Part shown: positions 45,864 through 54,197 of the stretch, in pieces
Layout: each line of letters starts with the position of its first letter
How positions within the stretch are numbered: position 1 is the stretch's first letter
Assembly: GCA_044507075.1 (NCBI GenBank)
Contig: JBIQKA010000005.1
Coordinates: forward strand, 14,461 to 78,460
Length of the DNA stretch: 64,000 nucleotides
From: Myxococcales bacterium
GTDB taxonomy: Bacteria > Myxococcota_A > Polyangia > Polyangiales > DASUME01
Reading direction: 5' to 3'
Translations under genes and position numbers: made by a program
The notes under the pieces: model-generated
What the model was told of the DNA's origin: nothing
Seen by the model: the letters and a program-made list of their open reading frames with translations, nothing else
The model's database searches: none

Positions 45864-47720
45864 ATGCTCTTCGATTGGGTCCTGGTGGCGGCCATGTGCT
45901 TTCTCAGCGGCGGGTGCCCGCAGCAAAAGCACGTGTCCACCCTGCCTTCGCTGGAGCATGTGACGAGCCCCAACCCCAAGGCCGAGGCGGATTTCCGCGG
46001 CGCCCAAGAGGCGCGCCAACGGGGCCGCGTGGACGAGGCGGAGCGGCGCTTCAAGGCGTTCATGGAGACCTGGCCCGAGGACCCGCTCGAGCCCTTGGCG
46101 CGCCTGGAGCTCGGGCGTTTGGCCCTCGAGGCTGGGCGCAACGCCGACGCTCGCGCCTGGTTCGACAGCGCGGCCCGCACCCAGGACCCGGTCCTCGCGG
46201 AGCGCGGGCGCATGTACGCGGCCGTGGCGGCACAGCGTTTGGGCGACAATCAGCACGCCCTGAGCGAATTGAGGCCGCTGGTCGGGCGTACCGTGGATCC
46301 GGAGGAGACCAGCCTCGTGCTCGACACGATCGGAGCCGCCGAAGAGGCCCTGGGCGACCGCCTGGCCGCGCTCTCCACGCGGGACCGCGAGCTCTCGGGC
46401 GCGCTGCCGGAAGCCAAGCGCGCGGAGGTCGAGGACGTGATGCGCAACTTGGTGCAGTCGCTCGAGCCGACCGTGGAGCTCCCGCGGGCCTATGAGCAGC
46501 TGCCCCGGGACGGTCACGCCTGGCCCGAAGTGGCGCGGCGGCTCCTGCGCGTGAGCCACGATCGGGGCGATCGCGAGCGCGTGTCGACCATCGCCGACGA
46601 TCTCGGGGCCGAGGGGGTAACGCTCGATGAGAACCTGGCCGCCCTGGTATTGCGCGCTGAGCGGCCGAGCGACGCGGACCCACGGGTGATCGGCGCCATC
46701 CTGCCGCTGAGCGGACGCGCTCGCGAGGTCGGTGAGTCGGCGCTGCAAGGGCTGCTCTATGCATCCGGCGTGGAGAGCAGCGCCGGCCCGAGGCCGCGCC
46801 TGGTCTACCGCGACGACGCGGGGGATCCCGCGCGCGCGGTGGCGGCGCTCGAGGACCTGGTAGCGGTGCACCGCGTGATCGCGGTGATCGGCCCGTTGAA
46901 CGCGGGCCCTGCCCAGGCGGTCGCGGAGCGCGCGGCAGAGCTCAACGTCCCCGTGATCGCGCTCAACCCCGATCCGAGCCTCTCCGAGCGCTCCGACACC
47001 GTGTATCGACTGCTGCCGGAGCCGCGCGAGGAGGCGTCGTTGCTGGTGCAAGAGGCGCGGCGCGCCGGGGCGAGCCGCATCGCGCTGCTCTATCCAGAGA
47101 ACAACTTTGGCCAGGCCATGCGGCAGGCGTTCGAGCGGGCGGCGGCGGGCACCGGCGCGGCCTTGCATCCCGTGGTCTACGCCCCCACGACCACCAACTT
47201 CATTCGGGAGGCCGAGCAGCTCGCCAAGCTCGGCGTCGACGCGGTCGTCTTGGCCGACGGCCCCTCGCGCGTGGCCTTGATCGCGCCTGCCTTGGCCGCC
47301 GCCGGCCTGTGGTCGGTGGCGCCGGGGACCAAGCCGCCGGAGGGCCGCGCAGCGCTCTACCTCATCCCGTCCGCCGGCTTCGACCTGGGCCTCGCGCGCA
47401 GCGCGCGACGCTACCTCCAGGGGGCGCTGTTCGCCGTACCGTTCGATGCCGGCCACGCGCCCTCGTTCACAGAAGGCTACCGGGAGCGCTTCACGGTCGA
47501 CCCCAACCTCTTCTCGGCTGCCGCGCACGATGCTTATCGCATCGTCGAGAGCGGACTCGCCTCGGGCGCCACGACCCGCCGAGAGCTGATCGGCAACCTC
47601 ACCAAGGTGCGAAGCAACGACACCGCCATGGCCTCCGACGGCTTCTCGCAGGCGCGCGGGCCACGCGTGCCCGCGCGCATCGAGACCTTGCTCGGCGAGA
47701 GCTTCGTGCCGCTGAATTAG
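45864..47720 (+). CDS. Probable lipoprotein with N-terminal TPR and type-1 periplasmic-binding-protein domain (LpoA/LivK-like)
   Basis: MLFDWVLVAAMCFLSGGC, then TPR-like EADFRGAQEARQRGRVDEAERRFKAF. The PBP1 block reads IGAILPLSGRAREVGESALQGLLYA...VIAVIGPLNAGPAQAVAERAAELNVPVIAL. An alternative ATG lies at 45858. The track start 45729 is upstream of the signal peptide. Confidence 0.8.
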   Translation: MLFDWVLVAAMCFLSGGCPQQKHVSTLPSLEHVTSPNPKAEADFRGAQEARQRGRVDEAERRFKAFMETWPEDPLEPLARLELGRLALEAGRNADARAWFDSAARTQDPVLAERGRMYAAVAAQRLGDNQHALSELRPLVGRTVDPEETSLVLDTIGAAEEALGDRLAALSTRDRELSGALPEAKRAEVEDVMRNLVQSLEPTVELPRAYEQLPRDGHAWPEVARRLLRVSHDRGDRERVSTIADDLGAEGVTLDENLAALVLRAERPSDADPRVIGAILPLSGRAREVGESALQGLLYASGVESSAGPRPRLVYRDDAGDPARAVAALEDLVAVHRVIAVIGPLNAGPAQAVAERAAELNVPVIALNPDPSLSERSDTVYRLLPEPREEASLLVQEARRAGASRIALLYPENNFGQAMRQAFERAAAGTGAALHPVVYAPTTTNFIREAEQLAKLGVDAVVLADGPSRVALIAPALAAAGLWSVAPGTKPPEGRAALYLIPSAGFDLGLARSARRYLQGALFAVPFDAGHAPSFTEGYRERFTVDPNLFSAAAHDAYRIVESGLASGATTRRELIGNLTKVRSNDTAMASDGFSQARGPRVPARIETLLGESFVPLN

Positions 47721-48967
47721 CGGAAGAGGAACGCCGCCAGCGCGACCAGCACCACCAGGGCGCCCACAGCGACGCCGATCATGGTGCCCATGCCGTACTT
47801 CGTCGGGAACTCGGCGGTCGGAACGCTGGCGCTGATGCCGCCTCCACCGCCCGAAGGCGCCGTTTGCACGCGCATCGACGGCCCACTCCCGCCCTGAACG
47901 GCCGGAGGCGGATCGCTCACGGCGCCGAAGGCCTTGGCAGCAGGCGGTTGCGCCGACTCGAGCGCCTGGGCGATCTCGGAGACGTCGGCCTTCGCCCAGC
48001 GCTCCACGTCGCCTGCGAGCCCGTACGCTTCGCACAGATCCTTGGCCATGCTCGCCGCGTCGGGATAGCGCTTGGTCTTGTCCTTGCGCAGTCCCTTGTC
48101 GATCACATCGTCGATGCGTGGCGGCAGCCCAGGCTTCAGCTGCGACACCGGGGTGGGGCTCTGATTGATGATCTTGATCAGGATCTGGGCGACGTTGATC
48201 GCCTCGAATGCGATCTTCCCGGTCAGCGCCTCGTAGAGGATCGCGGTCAGCGCGAACACGTCCGTGCGCTGATCGACGTCCTGCTTCCCCATCGCTTGCT
48301 CGGGTGACATGTAGTAGGGCGATCCGAGCGTGGTGCCGAAGGCCGTGAGCTTGGGCCCGGTCTCCATCTGCAGCTTCACCGAACCGAAGTCCAACACGCG
48401 GACGTCATCGCCGCCCTCCCCCTTGCAGAGGAAGATGTTGTCCGGCTTCAAGTCGCGGTGGATGAATCCGAACGAGTGGGCGTGATCGATGGCCAGCGCG
48501 GCCTGGCACATCGCGCGGATCAGACGGGGCGTCTCGAGCTTGCCGTCCCGGCGCAACAGATGACCGAGCTCCTCCCCCTCGAGGTACTCCATCGTGAGGT
48601 AGTTGAGACCATCAGGGGTGGTGCCGAACTCGATGACCTTCACGATGTTCGCGTGGTTCATCTCGCTGGCGGTCTGGTATTCGCGCTTGAAACGCTCCAC
48701 CGCCACGGCGTCGCGGGCCACGTCAGGGTGGAGAACCTTGACGGCGACGCGCGCCTTGGTGTCGTGGTGTCTCCCCTCGTAGACGCGGCCCATGGCGCCA
48801 TCGGCCACACGCGCGACCACCAGGTAGTCCCCTAGACGCTCCCCTAGCCGGGCGTCGAAGTCCTCGGGCGACTGCTCTTGAATGGTGATCTTCCCGCATT
48901 CTCCGCAGAAAAACACATTATCCGAGTACTGCTTTGCACACGCTGGGTCTGGGCAAATTCGTGCCAC
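47717..48967 (-). CDS. Tail-anchored Ser/Thr protein kinase with N-terminal zinc ribbon
   Basis: CPDPACAKQYSDNVFFCGECG zinc ribbon. Kinase motifs AVKVLH, FIHRDLKPDNIFL, DFGSVK, YMSPEQ. The extreme C-terminal TM helix is MIGVAVGALVVLVALAAFLF. The start is provisionally GTG 48967; no ATG precedes the zinc ribbon and no clear SD is present. Confidence 0.8.
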   Translation of the reverse strand: MARICPDPACAKQYSDNVFFCGECGKITIQEQSPEDFDARLGERLGDYLVVARVADGAMGRVYEGRHHDTKARVAVKVLHPDVARDAVAVERFKREYQTASEMNHANIVKVIEFGTTPDGLNYLTMEYLEGEELGHLLRRDGKLETPRLIRAMCQAALAIDHAHSFGFIHRDLKPDNIFLCKGEGGDDVRVLDFGSVKLQMETGPKLTAFGTTLGSPYYMSPEQAMGKQDVDQRTDVFALTAILYEALTGKIAFEAINVAQILIKIINQSPTPVSQLKPGLPPRIDDVIDKGLRKDKTKRYPDAASMAKDLCEAYGLAGDVERWAKADVSEIAQALESAQPPAAKAFGAVSDPPPAVQGGSGPSMRVQTAPSGGGGGISASVPTAEFPTKYGMGTMIGVAVGALVVLVALAAFLFR

Positions 48968-49025
48968 AGCCAGAATGCTAAAGGACGGCGCCGGGGGGAG
49001 CAACGGAACTGGTGGTCTAGCCTGC

Positions 49026-49075
49026 TTTTGGTACGGCTGGGTGGGATGCTTCCCTGCCGGGGTGACCCACCAAAA
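49026..49075. repeat. Imperfect extended inverted repeat directly after the Roadblock-gene stop codon
   Basis: ttttggt (49026-49032) pairs with accaaaa (49069-49075). Inner pairs are gggt/accc and ggga-tgct-tccc. It sits in the 109-nt gap before the kinase gene. Confidence 0.5.
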
Positions 49076-49076
49076 A

Positions 49077-49733
49077 CTAGCGCCGGTACCAGCGCTGGAT
49101 GCTCGGATCGTGCACGAGCGTCCATTCTTGGTCGCGGGCTCGGACTCGGAAGCACACGGCCTCCCGCCCGGCGCTCTCACCCGGCTCGGTCCAGCGGCCC
49201 AAAACTTCCAGCTCGGTCGCGAGCGCCCCCGGCGTACGCAGCGCCCGCGGCGCGTAGCCCCACCCCTTTGCCGCGCGCGTCTCGACCTCCAGCGCTGCCG
49301 CATCGTCGTCGTTCGCGGGCGTGAGGCCGCTCTCCCGCGAGAGCAGCTCCACCAGCGGATCGATGCCCGCGAGGATGCGTGCGGAGAGCGCACCCGGCGC
49401 GACCCACAGGGCCAGAAACAGGTCCTCCCCAATGCGCCGCACCAACGCGTCCATACGCTCGGCCTCCATGATCCACTGAAGGGACGCCCCGGGGGAGCCG
49501 GCCGCGCTCGTGGCCAGGAGCGCCTTGGTTGGGTTCAGGAGCGTGGCGCTGAACACCAAGGCCTCGAAGGGGTCCAGCCGCGAGGCGTAGTCCACGCATT
49601 CGCCCTCCAAGTCGAGGAATACGGCCGCCCGCACCGCCTCATGTGCCAGTACGAACGCTGACAAAATCCGCGAAAAGGCGGTGTCGGGACGATCGCGCAG
49701 CAAGCCAGACTCGGTCGCTCCGTTCTCGCTCAC
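49077..49733 (-). CDS. Roadblock/LC7 (MglB-like) domain protein with C-terminal extension
   Basis: FVLAHEAVRAAVFLDLEGECVDYASRLDPFEALVFSATLL...MDALVRRIGEDLFLALWVAP fits the Roadblock/LC7 pattern by eye. Its ATG overlaps the upstream stop by 4 nt. Confidence 0.6.
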   Translation of the reverse strand: MSENGATESGLLRDRPDTAFSRILSAFVLAHEAVRAAVFLDLEGECVDYASRLDPFEALVFSATLLNPTKALLATSAAGSPGASLQWIMEAERMDALVRRIGEDLFLALWVAPGALSARILAGIDPLVELLSRESGLTPANDDDAAALEVETRAAKGWGYAPRALRTPGALATELEVLGRWTEPGESAGREAVCFRVRARDQEWTLVHDPSIQRWYRR

Positions 49734-50197
49734 GTTCCCGTGCCCAGCGTTCCGTCGCCCGACAATGCTTCGCGCACGGCGCGCTCGTCGTAGACGACCC
49801 GGGTTTGGGCGCGGAGCGTTTGCAGCAGTTGCTCGAGCCGCTCGGCGCGCTCGGCGTCGCTGTGGCCACCGCGCTCGACTTGCTCCTCGAGCAAGGCCCG
49901 CACCCGGGCCCGCGTGAGCGCCGCGCGAGTCGCGGCCAGGTCGCCATAGCCCCGGGCCTCAGCGTGCTGGGCGAGCAAGCGCTCCTCGACGAGCCGTGAC
50001 AGGGCCTGCTCGGGCGAGAGGCCCGAGGCGGCGCACACCTTGCGCACCTCGTCCAGGGCGATCGCCTCACCGTTCACGCGCGCCACCACCGCGCCCTGCT
50101 CCCGTCCCGTGTCCGCGTGCGGCGCGGAGCCCCCTGGGCTCTCCCCGCACGCGACAGAGAGCCCAAGGACGCCGAGCATGACTCGCAAGCACTGCAC
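49730..50197 (-). CDS. Probable lipoprotein with SurA-N-terminal-like chaperone domain (no PPIase domain)
   Basis: Signal MQCLRVMLGVLGLSVAC, then VARVNGEAIALDEVRKVCAASGLSPEQALSRLVEERLLAQHAEARGY, which resembles SurA_N/PpiD-type domains. Confidence 0.6.
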   Translation of the reverse strand: MQCLRVMLGVLGLSVACGESPGGSAPHADTGREQGAVVARVNGEAIALDEVRKVCAASGLSPEQALSRLVEERLLAQHAEARGYGDLAATRAALTRARVRALLEEQVERGGHSDAERAERLEQLLQTLRAQTRVVYDERAVREALSGDGTLGTGT

Positions 50198-50201
50198 GGC
50201 C

Positions 50202-50384
50202 CTACTCTCCCATGGATGGCCGCAGCAGCTCCACTCCTGCTCTCACGAGCGCGAGCCCGCTGCTCACGAGGAGCACCGCTCCCACATACTCTTGGTTGCC
50301 GAGATGACGAATCGCGATCCCCAGGACCGCCAAGGCGGCCAGGATCAGCAGCGCCCCGGCCCCCTCTCGGAGATGCTTCGCCAT
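50202..50384 (-). CDS. 60-aa two-TM membrane protein
   Basis: MAKHLREGAGALLILAALAVLGIAIRHLGNQEYVGAVLLVSSGLALVRAGVELL has two hydrophobic helices. It is packed tightly between its flanking genes, 16 nt below the upstream stop and 4 nt above the next start. Confidence 0.55.
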   Translation of the reverse strand: MAKHLREGAGALLILAALAVLGIAIRHLGNQEYVGAVLLVSSGLALVRAGVELLRPSMGE

Positions 50385-50400
50385 CGCGCCACGCCGACGA

Positions 50401-52077
50401 TCAGCCGCGCGCGCGGGCGGCGAGCTTGGCCTGGGTCGCCAGGGCGCGCTCCTTCACGTGGTTCCAGCTGGCCCGGCCCTCTTCGGCCTTGCGGAGCTGC
50501 TCGATCTTGGCGACGCCTTCGACCGAGCCATTGACAGCCACGAAGTCCAGCGCGCTGAGCACGTCCCCGCGCACCATCTCCTTCGGGTGGTCGATCTTGT
50601 TCACGAGCGCCGCCAACGCTTCGGGCTTGCCACGCCCCAGACGTCCGAGCATGTAGGCGGCCTTGCGCGCCACGTTCTCGTCCTTGTCGTCGAGCTTCTT
50701 GATCCAGCAGCTCAGATCCTGGTCGCACTCCTCGGCGGCGGCGAGCAGGGCGTTGTTCTGCTTCTCGAAGGTCTCCTTGTAGCCGCTCGCGCCGCTGGCC
50801 GCGATCACCGCCTTGGCGCCTGCGACCTCCGCCTTGTTGGCGAGCATCGAGTAAGCGTTGAGCGCGATCACGCGGAGGTCGGGCAGCTCGTCCTCGGGAG
50901 CCTTGGCGATCTTGAGGAAGAACGGCTGGGCGCCGGGATCGTACAGGTGCTGCATGGCGCGCAGCGCCTGCATGCGCTGGATCTTCTCCTGCGAGTCGTA
51001 GACCTTGATCAAGACGTTGCGGATGCGATCGGAGTCGCTGTCGGCACGATTGATCTGCGCGAGCGCGACGGCGGCCCCGAGCTGCACCCCCTTGTCGGAG
51101 TCGCTCGCAGCGGCGATCAAAGGATCGATGGACTCGGGGAAGCCGAGCGTGCCGAGGGCGAAGATGGCTTCCTTCTTCATCTCGGCCTGAGCGTTCATCT
51201 GCTCGGCGGCCTGGGGTGCACGATGGCGCACCGCTTCGATCCAGGCCTTGGTCTGCGCAAGGGCCTTCTCGTCTTCGCCGCGGAGCACCTTGAGCAGCGG
51301 GGGCAGCGCGGGCTTTCCGATCCGGACCAGCGCGGCGGGCACGGTCTGGGTGAGACGATTTCCGGGATTGGTGGGGTCGAAGAGGTAGAGCGCCTCGAGC
51401 AGCGCAGGCACCGTGGACGGGTCGGCCAGGCGCCCCACCTGCTCCACCGCCAGGTTGTTGATCAGGAAGTTCTGCTCCTCGGATTGCCGCAGCATCACCT
51501 TGGTGAGCACCTCCGCGCCCGCGGGATCGTTGATCTCACCCAACGTGCGCAGGAACTCGATGCGCATGCGGTTGTCGACCGGGCGCTTGCCGGTGACGTT
51601 GTCGAGGGCCGCGGCCAGCTTCTTCGCCGCCTCGGTCTTGCTGCCCGCCGGCAGCTCGATCACGGCCAGGGTGCGCGCGGCCGTGATGGCGTGTTCTTCG
51701 TTGACCTCGCTGCGCCACTCGAGCGCCTTGAGCAGCGCGGGGAACGCACGCGGATCCCGCATCTCCTGCAGCAGCAGCATGATCTGCTCGCCTGCGCGCG
51801 TGTCCTCTGGGTAGTCGAGATAGGTCTTCACCAAATGCTCGATGGTGGCGTCCGCGAAGGACTTGACCTGAGGCGAGGAACGATCGCTCTTCGAGCTGCT
51901 GAGGGCCGCCCCGTAGAGGCGTCGGAGGTTGCCGAGCGCGTGCTCTCTACGGACGGGATCGGCCAACTCCTGAGCCTGACCTGCGGCGTCGTCCTTATCG
52001 GCGTGACATCCCACTGCGCTGATGGAGAGACCGAGCGCGAGCGCCCAGGGTCGCAGTGTGTCGACGAGCTTTGGCAT
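50401..52077 (-). CDS. HEAT-repeat lipoprotein
   Basis: Start set at ATG 52077, with GGAGGA 11 nt upstream. Signal peptide MPKLVDTLRPWALALGLSISAVGC. Multiple HEAT/PBS-lyase repeats: DPRAFPALLKALEW, DPSTVPALLEALY, ESIDPLIAAASDSDKGVQLGAAVALAQI, DENVARKAAYMLGRLG. Confidence 0.8.
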   Translation of the reverse strand: MPKLVDTLRPWALALGLSISAVGCHADKDDAAGQAQELADPVRREHALGNLRRLYGAALSSSKSDRSSPQVKSFADATIEHLVKTYLDYPEDTRAGEQIMLLLQEMRDPRAFPALLKALEWRSEVNEEHAITAARTLAVIELPAGSKTEAAKKLAAALDNVTGKRPVDNRMRIEFLRTLGEINDPAGAEVLTKVMLRQSEEQNFLINNLAVEQVGRLADPSTVPALLEALYLFDPTNPGNRLTQTVPAALVRIGKPALPPLLKVLRGEDEKALAQTKAWIEAVRHRAPQAAEQMNAQAEMKKEAIFALGTLGFPESIDPLIAAASDSDKGVQLGAAVALAQINRADSDSDRIRNVLIKVYDSQEKIQRMQALRAMQHLYDPGAQPFFLKIAKAPEDELPDLRVIALNAYSMLANKAEVAGAKAVIAASGASGYKETFEKQNNALLAAAEECDQDLSCWIKKLDDKDENVARKAAYMLGRLGRGKPEALAALVNKIDHPKEMVRGDVLSALDFVAVNGSVEGVAKIEQLRKAEEGRASWNHVKERALATQAKLAARARG

Positions 52078-52221
52078 AGCTGGAACCTTCCTCCCCGTTG
52101 CCCGCCGTCGAAGCGCGCACTCAACACGCAGGGCGAAGAGCGCGCCCCCCAAACGCGTGCCGACCGATTGCAGCCGATGCGTTTTTCGACGTATCTACAA
52201 GGGTTTATGCGGGCGGGCGGC

Positions 52222-52251
52222 ACTATAGCCGTGGGCCAAACGACAAGTCAA
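52222..52251 (-). promoter_or_regulatory. Near-consensus sigma-70-type promoter (TTGACT-18 nt-TATAGT)
   Basis: The minus strand has TTGACT (52251-52246) and TATAGT (52227-52222) with an 18-nt spacer. The predicted TSS near 52214 would give a leader of about 137 nt before ATG 52077. Confidence 0.5.
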
Positions 52252-52281
52252 CGCCCACGCCGCCCCCGACTTGTTTTTGGC
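52235..52281. repeat. Inverted repeat overlapping the -35 element
   Basis: gccaaacgacaagtc (52235-52249) and gacttgtttttggc (52268-52281) form 6+6 bp arms (GCCAAA and CAAGTC) with a small internal bulge and an 18-nt loop. Confidence 0.7.
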
Positions 52282-52394
52282 AGCTTCAGGCAAGGGAGCC
52301 CGAGCTCACCTGCGAAGGTGGGCCGCGGGCATCGGCCGCGAAACAGCGGAGGACCGGCGCCCTTGGTGCCCGAGGGAAGCAGGCGAAGCGTTCG

Positions 52395-53483
52395 TCAGAA
52401 CTGGAGCGGATAGGTCAGGCGCAGGCGCGAATCCGCGAAGGCGGGGAACCGCACCTCCCGCAGGGCCTTGACCAGGCAGCTTCCCTCGGGGGTCCCCGCG
52501 AAGCTCCCCTCGATCAGCGCGTAGCTCACCTTGCCGTTGCCGCGCACCGTCAACTGGGCCGAGACCGCCCCCTTGCGGCCGCCGGTGCAGCGGGCGAGCT
52601 CTGGCATGGCAGCCCGCATGGTGGCCACCACGGACTCTCGGCTCAACTGGGCCGGCAACGGTCCGGTTTGCCCGCGCGCGCGCTTCGCCCGCCGGCTGCG
52701 TCCTGCGCGCCCTTCTCGCGCGCTTTTCCTGGACGTGGCCTCCTCCACGCCCTCGGGCTCGGTCTGGGAGCCGACGACCTGGGGGGGCTCGGGGGTGGCC
52801 TCCGGCGTCGAGGGTTCGGCAGCCGCCCCGAACGCGGCCTCCTCTTCCGGCCGCGCGGGCGGCGCCGCCTGGGGCGCGAGCACTGGCTCGCGGGGGGCGA
52901 GCGAGGCCGCGCCGTGAACCACGGCCCCGGTGGACTCGGAAGATCGCTCGCTGCGGGCGTCCTGCCTGGGCGAGAACTGCCCCACGCCCACACCCAGGGC
53001 CACCAACGCCGCAGCCGCCGCCACGATCTGCCAGAAGGGTCCGCGCGCCTCGGCCGGCGGTGCCACGCTCTTGACGGCCGCGGTGGGCGCGATGGAGTTG
53101 GCGAGCGGATGGGTCCGCGGCATCACCGTCGAGCGCTCGGGACTTTCGCGTTGGGCGGGCGCGGACGCCGTTTCCGCTGCCGCGCCCCCGGAGGCACGCT
53201 CGGCTTCGTCGAAATCCACGATTAAATCGTCGATCTCGCTGTCGCGCAGGAGCTCGGCGCTCTCACGCCCTTCGCTTGCGTCCATGGCCTGATTGAACTC
53301 GGCGCTGATCCGCGCGAGCACCTGCAGCTCGCTGTCCTCGACGTTCACGATGCTCTCGCGGGCCTGAAGGAGCAGGTCGGAGATCTTCTCGGAGGAGTAC
53401 GGCGGGTTCGCGGCGGATTCCGCAGGCAGGTTCTCCCCCGCCTCCTCGAGGTCCCACAAGTCCGCCCTCTTTTCGTCCGTCAC
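52395..53483 (-). CDS. AgmX/PglI-type (TonB-C-like) C-terminal domain protein with acidic N-terminus, TM helix and Pro/Ala-rich linker
   Basis: GTG 53483 is preceded by GGAGGGG. TM helix FWQIVAAAAALVALGVGV. The C-terminus reads VVATMRAAMPELARCTGGRKGAVSAQLTVRGNGKVSYALIEGSFAGTPEGSCLVKALREVRFPAF. Confidence 0.75.
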   Translation of the reverse strand: MTDEKRADLWDLEEAGENLPAESAANPPYSSEKISDLLLQARESIVNVEDSELQVLARISAEFNQAMDASEGRESAELLRDSEIDDLIVDFDEAERASGGAAAETASAPAQRESPERSTVMPRTHPLANSIAPTAAVKSVAPPAEARGPFWQIVAAAAALVALGVGVGQFSPRQDARSERSSESTGAVVHGAASLAPREPVLAPQAAPPARPEEEAAFGAAAEPSTPEATPEPPQVVGSQTEPEGVEEATSRKSAREGRAGRSRRAKRARGQTGPLPAQLSRESVVATMRAAMPELARCTGGRKGAVSAQLTVRGNGKVSYALIEGSFAGTPEGSCLVKALREVRFPAFADSRLRLTYPLQF

Positions 53484-53688
53484 GGCCCCTCCGTCCTTCT
53501 TGCTTCCCTGACGAGGCTAAGGCGACCGCCCGTTTCGACACGCTCCTGGCCCGCCAGCCTAATCAGCGTACGAATTTCAGGGACTGACTTCTACGGGCTC
53601 CTACGACCAAACGAACATTTCGGTTGGATATCTCACCCTGGATCACATTCTCAGCCTCGGTGTTTGTAGGTCGTCCTCCCTTTGACCT

Positions 53689-54129
53689 GTGACTACAGGA
53701 CGCACTAAGTTTGCGTCTGTGTCGACCCCACCGAGCAGTGAGCGCCGAAGGGACGTCCGAGCGCCCATCGAGCTCAAAGTCGAATACAAGCGCCTCAACT
53801 CCTTCTTCGCGGACTACACCCGCAACATCAGCCGGGACGGCATGTTCATCCGTACGCAGAAGCCCCTGGGGATCGGCACGGAGTTCGTGTTCAAGCTGCA
53901 AGTGCCCCAACTGGACCAGCCGCTCGAGCTCCACGGGCGGGTCCAGTGGACCGTCAAGCCCGAGCAGGCCGAGGGGGACCAGGAGCCCGGGATGGGCATC
54001 GGATTCATCTACGAATCGGAGGCCGAGCGGCAGCGGGTGGTCGCGATCGTGGAGAAGTTGATGGTGCGCAGTCTCGGCAAGGCGCTCTACAACAAGCTGA
54101 TCGCGGAACGGCGCCGGAACCAAACCTAA
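53689..54129 (+). CDS. PilZ domain protein (TIGR02266-like myxobacterial type)
   Basis: It carries the c-di-GMP-binding motifs RRDVR (RxxxR) and NISRDG (D/NxSxxG), followed by GMFIRT...GTEFVFKLQVP...LELHGRVQWTV. The start codon is uncertain (GTG 53689 or 53719). Confidence 0.8.
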   Translation: MTTGRTKFASVSTPPSSERRRDVRAPIELKVEYKRLNSFFADYTRNISRDGMFIRTQKPLGIGTEFVFKLQVPQLDQPLELHGRVQWTVKPEQAEGDQEPGMGIGFIYESEAERQRVVAIVEKLMVRSLGKALYNKLIAERRRNQT

Positions 54130-54197
54130 AGCCGCGCGCACGCCGCCGTCTTTCGGGTGTCGGCTCTCGACGCGACCCCTATTGATGGCTACACCGT

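Noticed and set aside
45588-48035. 815-aa minus-strand ORF, and similar long antisense ORFs (9047..10984, 10795..12714, 38842..40434, 43423..44937, 32211..33827, 50458..52413, 58575..59762, 62096..63139)
   Set aside because: All lie opposite genes with clear family motifs. Their translations are Arg/Gly/His-rich with no motifs. High GC suppresses stop codons in non-coding frames.
53541-53556. TGGCGGGCCAGGAGCG on the minus strand upstream of the AgmX-like gene, with correct GG-N10-GC spacing
   Set aside because: Only the GG and GC dinucleotides match. There is no TTGC at -12. A match of this kind is expected by chance in GC-rich DNA.
54130-54197. Possible NAD+ (nadA-motif) riboswitch upstream of nadA
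   Set aside because: The intergenic region is only about 68 nt and shows no tandem bulged-stem architecture. It is too short for the known motif.
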